From the human T2T-CHM13v2.0 reference genome, Homo sapiens: a stretch of 64,000 nt of DNA. Within the stretch, counting starts at the first letter, position 1, and each line of letters opens with the position of its first letter. The DNA lies in assembly GCF_009914755.1 (NCBI RefSeq), contig NC_060927.1; one strand, 5' to 3'. The notes below the pieces were generated by a model. The model made no database searches and was not told the origin of the DNA. It saw nothing but the letters and a program-made list of their open reading frames with translations. Shown piece by piece: positions 25,752 through 41,099 of the stretch. The position numbers were made by a program, and so were the translations under genes.

Positions 25752-27560
25752 GCTTATTCGTCCATTCAGTCAATAAATACTTATCAGTCTCCTACTATTG
25801 TCCAGACAGGAGTGATAAAGCCACTGATACACCAGTCAGAACTCCCTGCTTCACCTTTCATTGCAGTAAGGAAAGACAGACACTAAGCAACAACAACAAC
25901 AACAAATACACACATTTTTTTTCTCATAAGTGTATAAGTGTTATGATGAACAACAACAACAATTAGGAAAGGGTAACTGAAGTGCCAAGATATTGGGAGG
26001 TGAAGGAGCCTTATCATTGCTAAGGCTGTGATTTTGGATGAAATTTTGAGGAACGTAAAGGAGTGAATAACATGAATACTGGGGAAAAAAAAAGGTGTAG
26101 TCAGGGAAAAGAGAAGCGGCAGACTCTGTGGCAAGATCATGCTTAGTATGTTTAAGGAAATGACAGTAGGTCAGTGTGGTTGTATGTGAGTGAACAAGAG
26201 ATAGATCAGTAAGAAATAATAAGGTAAAATTTAATGAGGGCTTATGTTATAAGTTCTTACAGACAGACCTCTGAGTGGTTATTCTGGATGAGGTGGGAAG
26301 GCAGTGGAAGATTTTGAATAGAAGAGGAACATGACTTAGTTTTTGACAATAACACTCTGGAAGCTGTGTTGAGTAAAATCTTTAAAAAAGACTTAGAGGA
26401 ATTGTGAGACTACTGGCAATTTTAGGGAAAGATGGTGGTGGCTTGCATCAGCATAATTGCAGTGGAGGCATTGACAAGTAGTCAGATTCTGGATAAATTT
26501 TGAATATGCTGCAATAGGATTTGCCAATTTATTGAATCAAGAATATAAGAACGAAATATTAAAGCGAAGGAGGACCCCCCCCAAATTTTGATCTGAGCAC
26601 CTACATGTGAAGTTGTTATATGTTAAGATGGAGGAAGCTGCAGGTAGAATTGTTTGGGAAAGAAGATTAGAATTTTGGTTTTAGACATATTAAGTTTGAG
26701 ACAGCTACTGGACATTTAGATGGAAATGTTAAATAAACTCTTGGAGGTGTAAGCTCAGAAAAGAAGCACATTTTGGAGATACATTTTATGAGTCATTTTC
26801 ACATCTGTGGTAATTAAAACCATGATATTGGATGAAATCCCAAGGGAGATGGACGTAAGAAGAGGTTACGTCCAGTCTGTGCTCTTGGACATTCTAATGT
26901 TTACAGGAGAGGAAGATAAGATTGAAGCATCAAAGGAGAATGAGCAGGAGCAACCAGTGAGGGAGGAAAATAACTAGAAAAATGAGTTGTCACAGAAACT
27001 ACTTCAAGAAGGAGTGAGAAAGGTTAACTGGATCAAATGCTGTTGCTAGATCAAATAGGAGAAACACTGAGAATTGCAAATAGGATTTAGCAGTGTGAAG
27101 GCCACAGGTGAGTTTGATGAGAAATTTCAGTGATGCTGTAAGTTAAAGAGAAAATGAGAGGAGGGGAATTAAAGTTAGTATAGCATTTTTGAGGAGTTTT
27201 GATGAGAAAGTTACAGGAATAGATTAATATTTGGCTAGTGAGGTGAGTTCAGGAGACGCATATAAGAAACGACAGCATGTCTAAAGCTGTAGGAATAGGG
27301 CAATAAAGAAAAAATGTACTAAAGAGAGATGACAAGATGTGATGATGTCCAACAGTACATGGAGGAGAGAATTGCTACAGTGATGTCTTAGAAGAGATGA
27401 GAAGGGATCTAGGACATATGTAGCAGAGAGCAGCAACCTGAAATTTAAATCACAGACCATTCATTCATTAAGAGGAAGGATGTTTAAGTATGAATGGATT
27501 CAAGATGGGAGGAGAGGGGGTGGTGGTTGCTTGTGCTAGTTGCCTCCTGATTCATTCGAT
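25752..27560 (-). mobile_element. Long L2 (L2a-like) element
   Basis: Begins with cattcagtcaataaatactta...cctactat, then a purine-rich L2 body (agtagtcagattctggataaattttgaa, ttttagacatattaagtttgag, ggatttagcagtgtgaagg). Confidence 0.8.
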
Positions 27561-27661
27561 AGTCCAAGGGCTTTGGAAGCAAGGTTGTCCATTAAAGCAT
27601 CATCTATCTAATGCCATTATTTTAGAATAGGACATCTTTCTCCCTCTTGCATATAATTATC

Positions 27662-28090
27662 ACATATTCATTCAATAAATAGTTACAGAAATAGCTAGTA
27701 GGACAACAGTAGTGATCAAGACAGACCTTCTTGTCTTCGTGGAGTTTCATGGAGCATCTGAAAAAGGAATTAAATATGTAATTACACAAATAAACCACTG
27801 AAAGCCCTACAGTTGCAAAAATGCAGTTTCTAGTCTGGTTAGGGGAATTGAGAAGGAGTTTTCTCAAGTAGAGACACTGAGTAAACAACACTGAAAGTGC
27901 AGGGGAGTAAGGCTGTGTGTACACGAGAGTCAAAGAAGAGAATGTGTAAAGACCTTGAGAAGAGAAACAGCTTGAAGTCAATGAGAAAAGGAAAAAGCCT
28001 AGCCATAGAATCTAATGAGAATAAGAGGAGGAAACAGAAGATGTGGCTGAAGAGGAAGTGGGGGGAAGTATATTAAGGCCATTTTAAATG
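27662..28090 (-). mobile_element. L2 3' fragment
   Basis: attcattcaataaatagtt...ccttcttgtcttcgtggagtttca...gtgtaaagaccttgaga. Confidence 0.6.
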
Positions 28091-31000
28091 TTCTATCAAA
28101 AATCTTTAGCAAAAATTTTGAAATGGAAGAATAACTTGAGTATTCTCACTTAAGCAAGTACCTTGCTGAATTGCTTTCTAACAATGGCAATATTATTGAA
28201 CTTGGTGATCAGTGATAATATTACATGCTTTTCTTTTGGATTTTGCACACTTAAAAATTCCAAATGGTGTTTTATGAGTTCCCAAGGCAATAACTAAAAT
28301 ACTTTTATATTATGCATGAATAATAAGTCATCAACAGTTTAGTACTAAATGTTTATGCTGGGCATCCCGCTGTTTATGATTCATTGTAGATTTGTTTTGA
28401 AATAAGTGCCCCCACCTTCCACAAAATGTTTTATGTAGATAGAAAACTAAATACATAGACATAGAGGTAAGTAGATACTCATGTATATATGATTTATCTA
28501 TCATTCCAAGGCTTTTTCTTTTTAATAAAAATATAAAATCTTTATATATACATAAACCTTGCATGACTTTGAACTTCTTGATTAAGCATTCAGTTACATG
28601 CATTTTTTCCATTGATCTGGCTTCTGCTCTCAAATTGTTACAATTGCATATTTTACAAAATGTTCTCTTTTAATACATGTATTTGCTAAGTGATTTCTTA
28701 GATGATGAGGTAATGATTATAATACCTTTTCACTTTCTTTATTGAAACCAACTATATATATAAAATAATAAGTAAATATAAAATTGACCCTGATTTCATA
28801 GTTTCAAAGATATTTTTCTTTTTGAATTTCAAATATACAGCACTCATTTTTTTTGACAAATAGCACTTATTATAAAGAACCTCAGGGTCATTATGTGTGA
28901 GCCACAGTATTATGTAAAAATGAGAACTATTATTGGTATTTCTGAAGAATTTAAATTTTTTTGGTCAAGCAGTGACCTATGTACTACTGTTACTGTCACT
29001 TTGTCAAAGCAGATCACTATTTTCCAGAGAATAATATCAAGATGCTTATTATGAAATGATATCTCACAAAAACAGTGCTAATATTTTATAATAAACTGAT
29101 AAGATATGTAATCACTTGTTCTAGTATCTCTTACAAAGTTAAAACAAAAACAAGCCATTAATACACACAAAGATACACACACATCACAATTCCTTTGACC
29201 TCAATATTCGATTAACCTTGAATTCTTCTCTTAACTACATTCTGTCCATTTCCATATGATGTTATATAGTGCTTAATAATAGTATCTGTCATCAGCAGTC
29301 GTTGCTACTGAAATGATGTACTTTGACGTAATAAAAAATCAAAATTCAAGATTCTTTTAAAAATCCTTTGGATCAATCACAACATGGATTAAATAACTTA
29401 TATTACATCCTTGCTATTCACTATTTCAGAATTCTTAATCTCTCAAGGAATTAAATTCTATCTTTGACTCAGTAACTTCTCACATTTAGTAGAAATTTGT
29501 CTTCTTGTTAATTTTCATTAGTATTGATTTTCCCACTTAGCAAAACATAATGGTTTGTTTATAGTTCTCTGCTTTGAACTGAACTAAAAATCACGATACT
29601 ATTAGGCTAATGTAAATGTAAGTAATATAAATGCAAGTAAACACTAAGAGGTTGAACAGAGGCCATGTTTTAAGGTGGTTTATGAAAAAAAAAGCTTGGG
29701 TGATTTTCAGTAGCAAAGTGTACAGTATATTATAAGAAGAAGAAATAGCATTAATTACACAGAAGAATGCACATGAAAAAGCTGTTGTTATGCCCAGGGA
29801 TATTGGACAGCCCAGTTGGACTGAAATGTTGAGTATGAACAGGGGAATAATGGGGCAGTATACTGGAAAGGCAAGTTAAGGAAATATTCTAGAGGAATGT
29901 GAATATCTGACTTAAAATTTTGAATTTCATTTAATACATGTATAAATCCTTTGAAAAAAATTTAATATGGTATTTATATGTTAAAAGTAAGCTTTATGAT
30001 TGTTAATCTTAAGCTAATACAAAGAAGAAATGAGTTTGAAAAAGAAAAATGATAGAACATTGTTATTAGCCAGTGATAAAATAATGCTTGAACTGAGGTG
30101 ATAATGACAGGAATAGACAGGAACTGATGATTATGTTTTTAAAAAATAAATATTAACTGCTAAGTACTGGAGTAATCTTTTATCTGCACTATCTCAAATA
30201 ATGTCATAGTAGAAGAGCTCTAAGAATCCCTGTTATACAATGAGAAAAATGATCTTCAAAAGCTGAAATAACAAGCTCAAGGCCATACAAGTAGTGAACA
30301 AACAGTGAAGCAGGGCTATCAATCTTCCTCTCCCTAAAACGAGGCACACCCAAGATTCATTCTTTAGCTCTTTAGCTTTCTATTTTTAAGTTCTTTAGAA
30401 GGTTCATTTATTGAATGGCTGAGTCACTTATATAATACCCAGCCAGATCCATGTTTCTAATCATAACTTCTCACTCAAGTCTAAATTTTGCATGAATCAA
30501 CTTTCACCTGGAAAATTCACCTCAGATTTTGCATCATCCTGAAACTTTAAGTAAAAATTCTCTCACGAACATTGTTATGCTATGTTCTATCTGATGAGAA
30601 TTTTTTAACTTCTTGTATTTCTTTTATTGCACTGAATACAAATCAGCCAATCTACTGTGCAATCAGTAAATTGTATTACACTTTCTGGTGAGACTTCTCT
30701 TATCTGTGGTTAGGATTGGCTATTTAAGTGATCAAATTTATAGTATGTTTGCCTTTTATATTCTATTGCAAACAATTCTTGATAAAATATAGAATAAAAA
30801 AGTTTAGATCAGTTTATAAATGCCTCCCAGAACCATTTCCTGCCACTTCACAAATAACTCTGAATCTAAACTTTGTTCCCTTTCTCTGAAATCTTATTTT
30901 TTTGACTCATTTAGGCTACAATATTGATAGCCATATATGACTGCTTTCTGACCACATGCAAGGCAGTCTTGCTAATTTTTCTTTTATTTCTTGAGTTTCT

Positions 31001-31705
31001 CCCCTTTTTTTTTCTATTTCCATGAAAATTGTGTATTTTTTTTTCCTGGGTCTCACAAATACCTTTTTTATTTCACTAATTTTATTGCTTTTTTACAACC
31101 TATATTATACAGTTGCCCTACATTTTCCTGAGTACATTTAGTAGAGTAAGTTAAAAACTAGTAGGTACCTAATGACTAAAGATAAATTTATTATTTACTT
31201 TATGTTGATCTTTACAACAGTTCCACTCACAAATTCTCTTTCCCAATAAATATGATCTCACATTATTTCCGAAGTATTCTCCCATTCCCAGTCCCACCTC
31301 TACAGCTCTTTTAAATAATCGTTACATATAATGCTATTTTGTTTGTCTCTTAGCCGTTATAAACTCTAATTTTATTCTGAAGTACAACTCAGGACGCTGT
31401 GCAAAACCTTGGTAGTGTTTTCTTTAATATTTTAAAGCCTAATAGGACTCACTACTCATTTGACACATCATTATTTATCACTTGTGTTGAAACTTTTTGA
31501 TTTTACACGTTCTTTTCTTCCAAAATATATCATAAATGCTCTGAGGGCACACATATTATTTTATTTCTCTTTAGAGTGCTCTTGCCATGCATGCAGCCTT
31601 ATAAACATATTAAGTATTTTTAAATTATAGGGATAGTGCATGCTCTCTTCTGAAGTACATAATTTTTCAGAGACGGTGTATGAAATGTTCTCACTGCTGA
31701 TGTTC

Positions 31706-31706
<1 letters not shown>

Positions 31707-31744
<38 letters not shown>
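31707..31744. repeat. (TG)19 microsatellite
   Basis: Perfect dinucleotide run. Confidence 0.98.
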
Positions 31745-31746
<2 letters not shown>

Positions 31747-32739
31747 GGTAGTTTTAGGGAAAATCACAATGTTTTAAACATAATTGCAAAATGCTCTATA
31801 GATAAATATAAAAGATATACATTTTATATCTTGGGAATGTTTCTGACTTAATTTAGACAGATTAACAATTCTAGTTATGGAGTATCACATATCAATGTAA
31901 AACCATACTGATCTGTGATTTTGACTTTTCCACAATTAAAAAATAGTTCACAGATTTGCAGAGGGATCAAGTTTTAGAAAATTGTATAGCTTATTAATAA
32001 ATAATTATAAGACAATCCTTCAATAAAAGAGAGATGCATATACTGATTAGTTTGGGGTTTCAGGAGTAAGAAATACCTTTTCATTTAAATTAATAAGAAA
32101 CAATGGTATTTTAGCAAAGTGGCATGCATGCAGCTTGTGCTTTTCTGTAGTATTAATCTCTGCCACAGAGTCCCTGTAGCTAATCACTTCAATAAATATG
32201 TTATAAGAGCCTAAATACATGGATAATCTTACACTGTTGTTAACCTTTCCACAGAACAGATGAATTGCTTTGAGTACATTGTAATAGTGGATCAGTGACT
32301 CTCTATGCAAACAGTCTTTAAAAAGTGAAGATGTTTAAAGAAAACATTTCTTGAAAATGCTTTTATTAATCATCAAAATACCATGATAGAAGATACAATA
32401 CTCTTCAAATGAGATTCAGTGGGTCTATATTCAGCTTTATATTATGGGAAATTTTAGATATTTCTTTTCAAGAAATAAAATTTACATTTTTGTTATATTT
32501 AATTGTATATATTTCCTGCAGAAATATTTCTTTATTCCTGCATGTTTTTAAGTTTTTAGCTTTTTATACAGAAGATATTTTAGTAAGTATATTAAACTGG
32601 TGATAGTCTCTAAATTTATTGACTACCAATTTTTTTAGTTATCTAAAATATTAAGATTTTAATTTTAAGAAAATTAATTTTACTGAAGCAGATATCTGAA
32701 TATTGTAAAAGTCTGCAATATTTGGTATTCTCACCAATA

Positions 32740-33615
32740 ATGTTAATGGGTTCTAATTTCTCTACATACTTACCATCACTGGTCTTTAAAAGAAAATAGC
32801 TGTTTTAACTGTCTTCTTTGGACAGATATTTGTTCAAGTAGTTTGCCAACTTTTTAATTGGGTTATTAGTTTTTTGCTATTAAGTTTAGAAGTTCATTTT
32901 TTATTTTTGGAAATCAACTGCTTATTAGATTTATTATTTGCAAACATTTTTTCCTATTCTGTAGGTGGCCTTTACTCATTGTTTCTTTTGTTGTGCAGAG
33001 CTTTTTAATTTAATGTAGTCCCGCCTACATTATCTATTTTTTGCTTTTGTTGCCTATTCTTTGGTATCATATCATTGCCAAGACCAATAATTATAAGTTT
33101 ACATTAAGCTGATAACAACTTAACTTTAATCACATGCAAAAACTGTACATTTTTACTTCTCCCCTTCACATGTACTTTGTTATTGATGGCAAAATTCACT
33201 CTATTTTTATTGTGATGAACTCCCTCAACTTTCGCTTGTCTGAAAAGGTCTTTATTTCTCCTTCATTGTTGAAGGGTAGTTTTGTCATATACGGTGTACT
33301 TGGTTGGCAGTTTGTTTTTCCTTAACTTTTTTTTTTCTCATAACTTGCATCTGTCATTCTACTCTCCTTTGACCTGCAAAATTTCTGCTGAAAAGTCTTC
33401 TGATATTCTTATTGAGATTCTCCTGTACATTCAAGTTGTTTTTCGCTTGCAACTTTAAAAATTATCTTTATCTAAATTTTGACAATTTGACTATAATGTG
33501 CCTTCATGTGCATTTCTTTGGATTTTTCTTATTTGAGATCTTTGACTTTCCTGGATCCGGTTATCCACGTCTTTTCTGCGTTTTGGGAAGTTTCCAGCCA
33601 TTATTCATTTATAAA
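32740..33615 (-). mobile_element. Old L1M fragments (ORF2 3' region joined to an ORF1-region piece)
   Basis: tttgcaaacattttttcctattctgtagg...ttgtgcagagctttttaatt is the ORF2 reverse complement; gtctgaaaaggtctttatttctccttca...tttctgctgaaaagtc is the ORF1 reverse complement. Confidence 0.8.
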
Positions 33616-35235
33616 AGCTTTCTAGTTTTTTATTTAAAAAAACTTATTAAAATTTCTGATAGTTTTAGAAGAGTTTACTAAAATTGAACAGTAATCTAAT
33701 TGGTTTTGGGAACTTCATTAGCAACAGCAGATGCTATAGGAGAAATAAAGATATTTATTGGTTGAAAACAAAAACAGTAATTTTTAGTATAAAATCATCT
33801 AGTTAGCAAAACAGTTAAAATACAACAAATAAAAAGTGCTGAAACAAAGATATACTTTAAGGAAAGAATTTGAAAATGCACTCCATATAAAAACCATTAG
33901 CCAAAGATGAAGTAAAATAAAAAGAATTGCAAGAAAGAAAATGATACGTGACACAAAGTACTCTATTGTAGATAAGTTCAGGAAAAAAATAAATTCAAAG
34001 CGATCTTAAATAATCTCAACATCTAGGATTAAATGTAAATTAATATAACCATTCAGGAATATATTTGGGAATGTATGTAAAGACTACACAAAATACTTAA
34101 ATCTTTTGACACAGTAACTTAAGATAAATATAAAAATAGAAATGTGGACACACATCAGAACAGAACATTGAATAGTAACAATAAATTGCAAGTTAATTAG
34201 CAAAATAATGGAGAAGTGTTTATCTAAATCATTGTGTGTTTGTATAGAATTATTAGATCAGGGTTAATAGAATTATCCTTGAAAAAAGAAACATGCAAAA
34301 ATGTAAAAGATATCCTAATGTATATGTTATTTTAAATTTTGGGCAGATTATTTTAATTATAAACATTTCTGTCGATCAAACCTATTCTGGAGGTTATACG
34401 TTTAAAAGGCCAATTTACAATATTTTTGAGTAGAATATTATTTCAATTTTTTTAACAATGGATAAATGTAACATCTAATAGAGTAAAACATTTTAGATAA
34501 CTTTTCAAAGAGTGCCATTGTGTTAATTGCCTGTTTAAACACATTTTAAGCAAGTATGAGAAAAGTATGAGAATAGTTTCACACATACGATGATATGCTG
34601 AAATATTATAGTGTTTTGTGTTTTCAAAGAGTTCACTAAATAGATTCAACATTTTAATCATGTTGCATCAAATTATTATTTGACTGCTAAATCTATCTTA
34701 GAAAAATCAACAGGACTTCTCAAGATGGTTGAGTAGTTGCAGATTTTGTATGTCATACCTAACATGTCTAAAAGCTTTCTCTCATTATGCAAAAAGTCAT
34801 GAATAATCAGGTCAAGGCGGTATGCAAAGAAAATTATCAGACTGTGAAACTAAGGAAAGGCCTATTAGGCACAAGCTGTACACCTGTTTGCTCATTTCTC
34901 ACTTTAAATGGTTTGTCATTGTGTTTATAAAATCTCATTATATTGAGAGTTCCATGAGGAAAGAAAGAAGTTTCTTAAAATAAATTCTACTCAACAATAA
35001 GCCATCTTATATTAAACTACATATTCTTCAAAAATCAAACCTATGCTTGAAATATGTGTGAAATATTATACATAAAACATATATTAAAATTATATCATTT
35101 AACTTATTTAGAATAAAATTTTTACTACAAAATATTGACACATTCCAACAAGAAAATCTGTCATTTTTTTTTAAATTAGATATTATTGTCTGTGCTGCCA
35201 AAATATCCACTTCAAAAACAGTTTGGTTTGGGGGC

Positions 35236-35555
35236 TTTTTTTTTTTTTTGCCTTTTTTTTTTTTTCGGACAGTCTCACTCTGTTGCCCAGGCTGTAGTAC
35301 AGTAGTGTGAACTCGGCTCATGGCAACCTCCACCTCTCTGGGTCAAGTGATTCTCCTGTCATAGCCTCCCGAGTAGCTGGGACTACAGGCGTGAGCCGCC
35401 ACTCTTGGCCAAATTTTTTTTTTTTTTTTTTTTTCAGTAGAGACAGGGTTTCACTATGTTGGCCAGGATGGTCACAAGCTCATGACCTCAAACAATCTAC
35501 CCGCCTCGGCCTCCCAAAGTGCTGTGATTACAGGGGTGATCCGCTGTGTCCAGGC
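35236..35555 (-). mobile_element. Alu (Sz/Jb-like) with T21-expanded middle linker
   Basis: Full reverse-complement Alu; the linker at 35414-35434 is a pure T run. Confidence 0.95.
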
Positions 35556-35814
35556 ATCAAATATATTTTTACCTTTAAACTGAAACTTATATAGATTTCG
35601 AGAGAATTACCGTAGTAAAGAATATTTTATTTAGTCCTTTCACATATTGCTGTTGCAAAGACATATATTTGGCTTACAATATTCCTCAAAATGAGAATAT
35701 TTGTTTTTATTTCATTCTGCATATTTCTAGCTTATTAAAACAATAGAACTGTAATACCTAAAATATATAAGATATTGGCTATATACGTTCTTCTGTAAGC
35801 CCTCAAAAAGTATC

Positions 35815-36030
35815 ACACAGCAGGGTGACTATACTAAAAAAGAATACATTGTATGCTTAAAAATACCTAGAGGAGAAGATTTGAAATGTTTCCAGCACAG
35901 AGAAATGATAAATGCTTGAAGTGATGGATCTCCTAAATACCCTGACTTCATCATAACACATTCTATGCATGTATCAAAATATCACATGTAACCCATACAT
36001 ATGTACAAATTTTATGTATAAATAAAAAAG
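35815..36030 (+). mobile_element. L1MA-type 3' end
   Basis: agggtgactata...gaaatgataaatgcttgaagtgatgga...aaaatatcacatgtaacccatacatatgtacaa followed by aataaa. Confidence 0.85.
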
Positions 36031-37224
36031 TCAAAAAAAGTTGGTAGATTTTAGAATTTGTATATTGAGATGTATATTTACTGGTATGGCAAGTTCAATT
36101 TTATATTCATTGGATAATGATTTTCTTTGATATGTTCATCAAATTATTATAATTTATATTTTTATATCAGGTTTAAGCAGAACATTTTCTATTAACAATT
36201 TGAAATTACAATGTAGTTTTTCTTATTATTTCTAACTTTTATCTTATTTTTTGACATTATCATGTTTATTAATATTGGTAGTAGTAATTTAGAAAGTTAA
36301 AATATTGCCCTTCTTCCATAAATATTATTCTCATTAATACTCTTTTAAAACAGTAGATTCTATAAACATATTTCAGTTATCAAAGCTGTCATCATTTAAT
36401 TCTGTAAATGTAAGGATTGTATATGTATTATACATGTGCACTGAAAAATAGCTAATTTAAGAAATAATTGTATTCTTTGATTCATTTAACAAGCAGAAAA
36501 TATTTATTTTATACTAAATGGGCTGGTGTTCTGTATTTGATACTTTGTATTTTATAGTGCTATATTACTTGTGTATGCAAACATATGCATTGGATAAATA
36601 TTGTAATTTGTTTTTATTTTAGTTTTCATCAGTGCTATGACTCTTTAAGTGTGAGATGATTGAATAAAATAAGCTTATAACAAAATAGAGTATACTTTGC
36701 TTCAAAGATGTTTAGAAAATATCTGCAATGTACATTATGTATTTAGAATGTGAAGTCAAGTCCAATGTCATATGAAGTAGGGCAAGGATTAGTGAGGAAT
36801 TTGAGGAATACCAAGTATAATTTGGAAGCAAAGCATCAGCCTTGTAATTATAACTTAGAGTTTCAAGAAGGACATATCTAAGCCTCTGAATGAGTTGAAA
36901 AATGTCAGTAAAGGTGCCAAAGCAAACTTTTGAAGCAGGGACAATAATTTACCACAGTGTTGAGTCTATGAACATGAAGAAGTGGATACTATAATAATTT
37001 AGCAAGAGGACCACAGGTTAATAAAATTGAACTTTATAGACTAAGAAAGGTTGTTTGCAATGAATATTTTAAAAACTCTGCCAGATAATTAAACTCTACG
37101 GAATGAAATGTGTAAGTAAAAATTAACAAAATGTTCCAAATTTTCCTTCTTAAAAATTTATTTGAATTGTGTTGTCCTTTGAAAAGTTAGCTCTAAGAGT
37201 TTGAGGATCTTTCTGATTATAGCA

Positions 37225-38340
37225 AATCATTCATTCATTTATTCACTTATTCAGCACTAAATAGTTATTTCTTCAATACTTACTAAACACCAGGCACTGT
37301 CCTAATTTCCATGGATATAGAAAAACTCTATTTAAAAAAGCACATAATAAACACAACATATATAATAAACACACCCATATATGTCAGATGGATGACTGCT
37401 ATGGATGAAGACTGAACAAGGAGAAGAAGAAAAATATCAGGATGGAAGTGTAGGGGTGTTGTGGATGTGGAGGAATTTTCAATTTCAAATAGTATGGTCA
37501 AGAAAAACTTCACTGAGATTGTCACATCTAAGCAAAGACTTGAAGTTTTTAATGAAATAAGTTACATAGATTGCTAAGGGAGGAACATTCCCAGCTGAGG
37601 AAATAGCAAGTGAAAATAACTTGAGACAGGATTCTGCCTGCCTGCCTATGCATGGGAGGTCAATAGTGATCAAGTGAGTGATATATGAGGAAAAAAGGTA
37701 GGAATCAGGGAGGGTGTGAGAGAAGTGGGTGGCAGATCATCACAGGTTTTGTAGGACCTTGTAGGCTATATAAATAAGCTTGTTTTTACACTTAATGAGG
37801 TGGGTAGTCATGTTTTGAATGGAGGCCTGAGAGGATTTTGTACTGTAAAAAAGATCTGGCAAGTTGTGTCAAGCATCGAATATACATGAAGGGATTAGGG
37901 AGAGACAACGAAAAAAAGCAAGCAGATCGATTGGTAGCCTACTGAAATAATTCTAGAGAAACATGGCAGTGCCTTGGACCAGGAGATAGCACTTTGATGG
38001 GATAGCAGTAAAATTCTGGATGTATTTTGAAGGTAGTGCAGATAGGATTTGCTGATGTCCGAAGATGGGATGCGATTTGTGGTTATTAAAGAAGGCAGTT
38101 GGAAGGACAAAGCTGCTATTTACTGGCAATTGGAAAATTAGGATTGAGTTTCAGACAAAGATGGTTTGAGATGCCTATTCCACACCCAAATGGAAATATT
38201 GGATATATGAGTCTGGAGTTCAGAGGCAAATTTCATTCTGCAGATGTAGCTTTTGCAATGTTCAGCACATATATGGTATGAAATTCACAAAAGAGTTAAC
38301 TGAATGAGATCAATGAATGAGTGTCGAGTATCGATAGGTA
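37225..38340 (-). mobile_element. L2 element
   Basis: tcattcattcatttattcac...ccaggcactgtccta...gaggaacattcccagc...ttctggatgtattttgaaggtag...tttgagatgcctatt. Confidence 0.8.
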
Positions 38341-40809
38341 GTTCAAAAACCAATACCTAGGCATATACAGAGATGTGTTTTGACTAATAAAGTGGAAAAT
38401 GCATTTAAAATATGTCTAAATGATGAAGGAAGTTATCTGGATCACATTCAGGAGTGAGTTAGAAACTAACATGCAAATTTTTTGTAAATAAATGAAATAA
38501 ATGACAACAGGCAATTTAACTTTGAATAGGGAATTAACTCACATAACTCTAGTTTGAACAGCAAGTTACAATAAGTGCAAGAATAAAATATGGTTGCAAA
38601 ATTAATATGAATAAAGTCTTTTTCTCCTACCACAACAAACCAAAAAGGACAGAATTTAAGTAGCAAATAATACAGATACCACTAAGAAGATCAGTTTCTT
38701 CTCATGAACATATTAAGATACAAGGACATGCAAGATGAAGAATAATACAATATTAAATGTATTTATATTTTAATCTAATATATTTCTAAAATATTAAAGT
38801 ATTAAATATTAAATATTTTAAAGAGAACTGTGGAGAACTCTATGTAGTGACTTGTATGAATATAAAAGAAAGTTTGAATTTCAGTTTCTGGGTGATGTGG
38901 ATTTGTCATAGAGTAGAAAATCAAAGCCTGAAAATGGAAATGTTGTACTTTTACTTAACCTTAGACACTGGTAAAATGAAAGGCGCAAATGACTTTGAAG
39001 GCTTCTCTAGGGAAGTAAGGTTTGAAGCTGAAACAAACTGCTAAATTTCTTAGTCTCAAATACACTGAAAGACATGGGCATTCTTGTATAATCTGGATGA
39101 GTGAATCTTGGCACAGCTGAATCTTCTCGCCCCTTTCAAGAACTCAAAGGACCATGGGCTAACAGGTTGATCTGGGACCGGAGCTGATCTAGCTGCAGAG
39201 GAATATAAGCTTGTGTGAGCATTTCTAACTTCTCTCAGGGACTATCCAAACTTTAGTTCCTATTTTATTTCAAACTCATGAAACACATTAATTCAACATT
39301 CGTAAGAGGAGAGGGTCTCCCTAACAAAGCTGTATTTTATTTTGTCCAAATCAAGAAATGCCCATTCTGATGGGCTAGCTTGAAATTAGGAACATCTAGC
39401 ATATACAGGATTGCCAGGACTACAATAGGGAAGAAAGTAGTTTGATTCAAATTTGGCAAGTGACATTTGGAGTTTGAGTGAATTCAGCCCAAATGTCTTA
39501 AATTAGGTAATTGGCAATTTAAGGAACTGCACATTCAAAGTCACCTATTCCATTGAAGGAATGTCTAATTCAACTAAAGTCACTCAGGAACCTCCTTAAT
39601 TATAATTCTAGATATAATTGACCCAAACATTGCTGTTTTTAACTTTGTAGTTTTAAAGAAAGAACACACATTAAGTATATATTCCAATCTATCATTTGAT
39701 TATGCAAGCCAAATAAATTAATAGATTGCCATCAGTAGACTTAATATTGCATCCTATTTTTTGGGTACATATTAAATGTATTTCCATTTTGTGTTCCAGG
39801 CTAGAGGCATTTAGTATTGTCTATAATAATCTATAATAAAAGAGAGCAAATACAAGTTTTCTGATTTTATAATATATACTTTAGTTATCATTCAATATCA
39901 GTAATTTGATGTCCTGAAAATTTACACTGAGGAACAAAACCCAAAGGACCTATCCATATTATGAGAAGCCTCATCACACAAAATATATTGTTAGTTTGAA
40001 TGCCCCTCTGAAAATTTATTTTTTATTATTTACATCTTTGGAGTAGCAGAAGTATAGAATTTAACTGAACAAATAACTTCAAATATAATGCAATCCTACT
40101 TTTAATTGAATTGGTGGCAACCTCTTGAATAAGAAATCAAAAACATCAAATCAGCAAGGAGTTCATTAAATCTGCTGTTGATGTTATTCCTGCATTAGTT
40201 CCCATCTAATCCTTTGACAAATTCCAACTATAAACTACTGGAGCAATATACTTTATGTCCATACTTTTTTTTTTTCAAGTTGGCCATACTGACTGTTTGT
40301 GAAGGAATACTTTTTTCTTTGAATATATGTAAACTGGTTTTTAATCATAAAAGAAATATTACATTCAGTTTTCTGAACAGTCTTACATGGCTGAGTTTCA
40401 TATGCTATATTGCTCAACTTGCATTTCAATAAATAAATAGAATTTTTCAGCTTGCTAATTATGATAATAATCATTGAACACTAATGAGATTTCTTCTCAT
40501 TCCCTTGTGAAAATCAATTTCCTAAAAAAAGATTATTCTTTCTTGTTTATCAGCTCTTTGTCATCAAAACAACAATAACAAAGTCATTATTCTGATTGTT
40601 TACTACAAATATGCATGGACTTAATGTTTCTGGATATTTGTCATTATTAATTATTAGGAAATTGAGAACAAAATATTTCACTTTTAATGATTTTACATTA
40701 TGACTGCAGGAACTATTTAATTTTTTTAACCTTTTGAAAGGAAAATTAGATTTATATTTTTTGAAGAAACTATCACTGGCACAAGAGTCAATCAGTTGTA
40801 GCTTTTAAA

Positions 40810-41099
40810 TCTCAGCAAACTATCGCAAGGACCAAAAACCAAACACCACATGTTCTCACTTATAGGTGGAAACTGAACAATGAGAACACATGGACACAGG
40901 AAGGGGAACATCACACACTGGGGACTGTTGTGGGGTGGAGGGAGGGGGGAGGGATAGCATTAGGAGATATACCTAATGTAAATGAGAAGTTAATGGGTGC
41001 AGCACACCAACATGGCACATGTATACATATGTAACAAACCTGCACATTGTGCACATATACCCTAAAACTTAAAAGTATAATAATAATAAAATTAAAAAA
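40810..41099 (+). mobile_element. 5'-truncated L1PA5-like 3' end inserted in a MIR, with 9-bp TSD
   Basis: L1PA 3'UTR with taggagatatacctaatgtaaatg and cctaaaacttaaa; TSD aaatctcag at 40807-40815 and 41100-41108; MIR core resumes at about 41110. Confidence 0.92.
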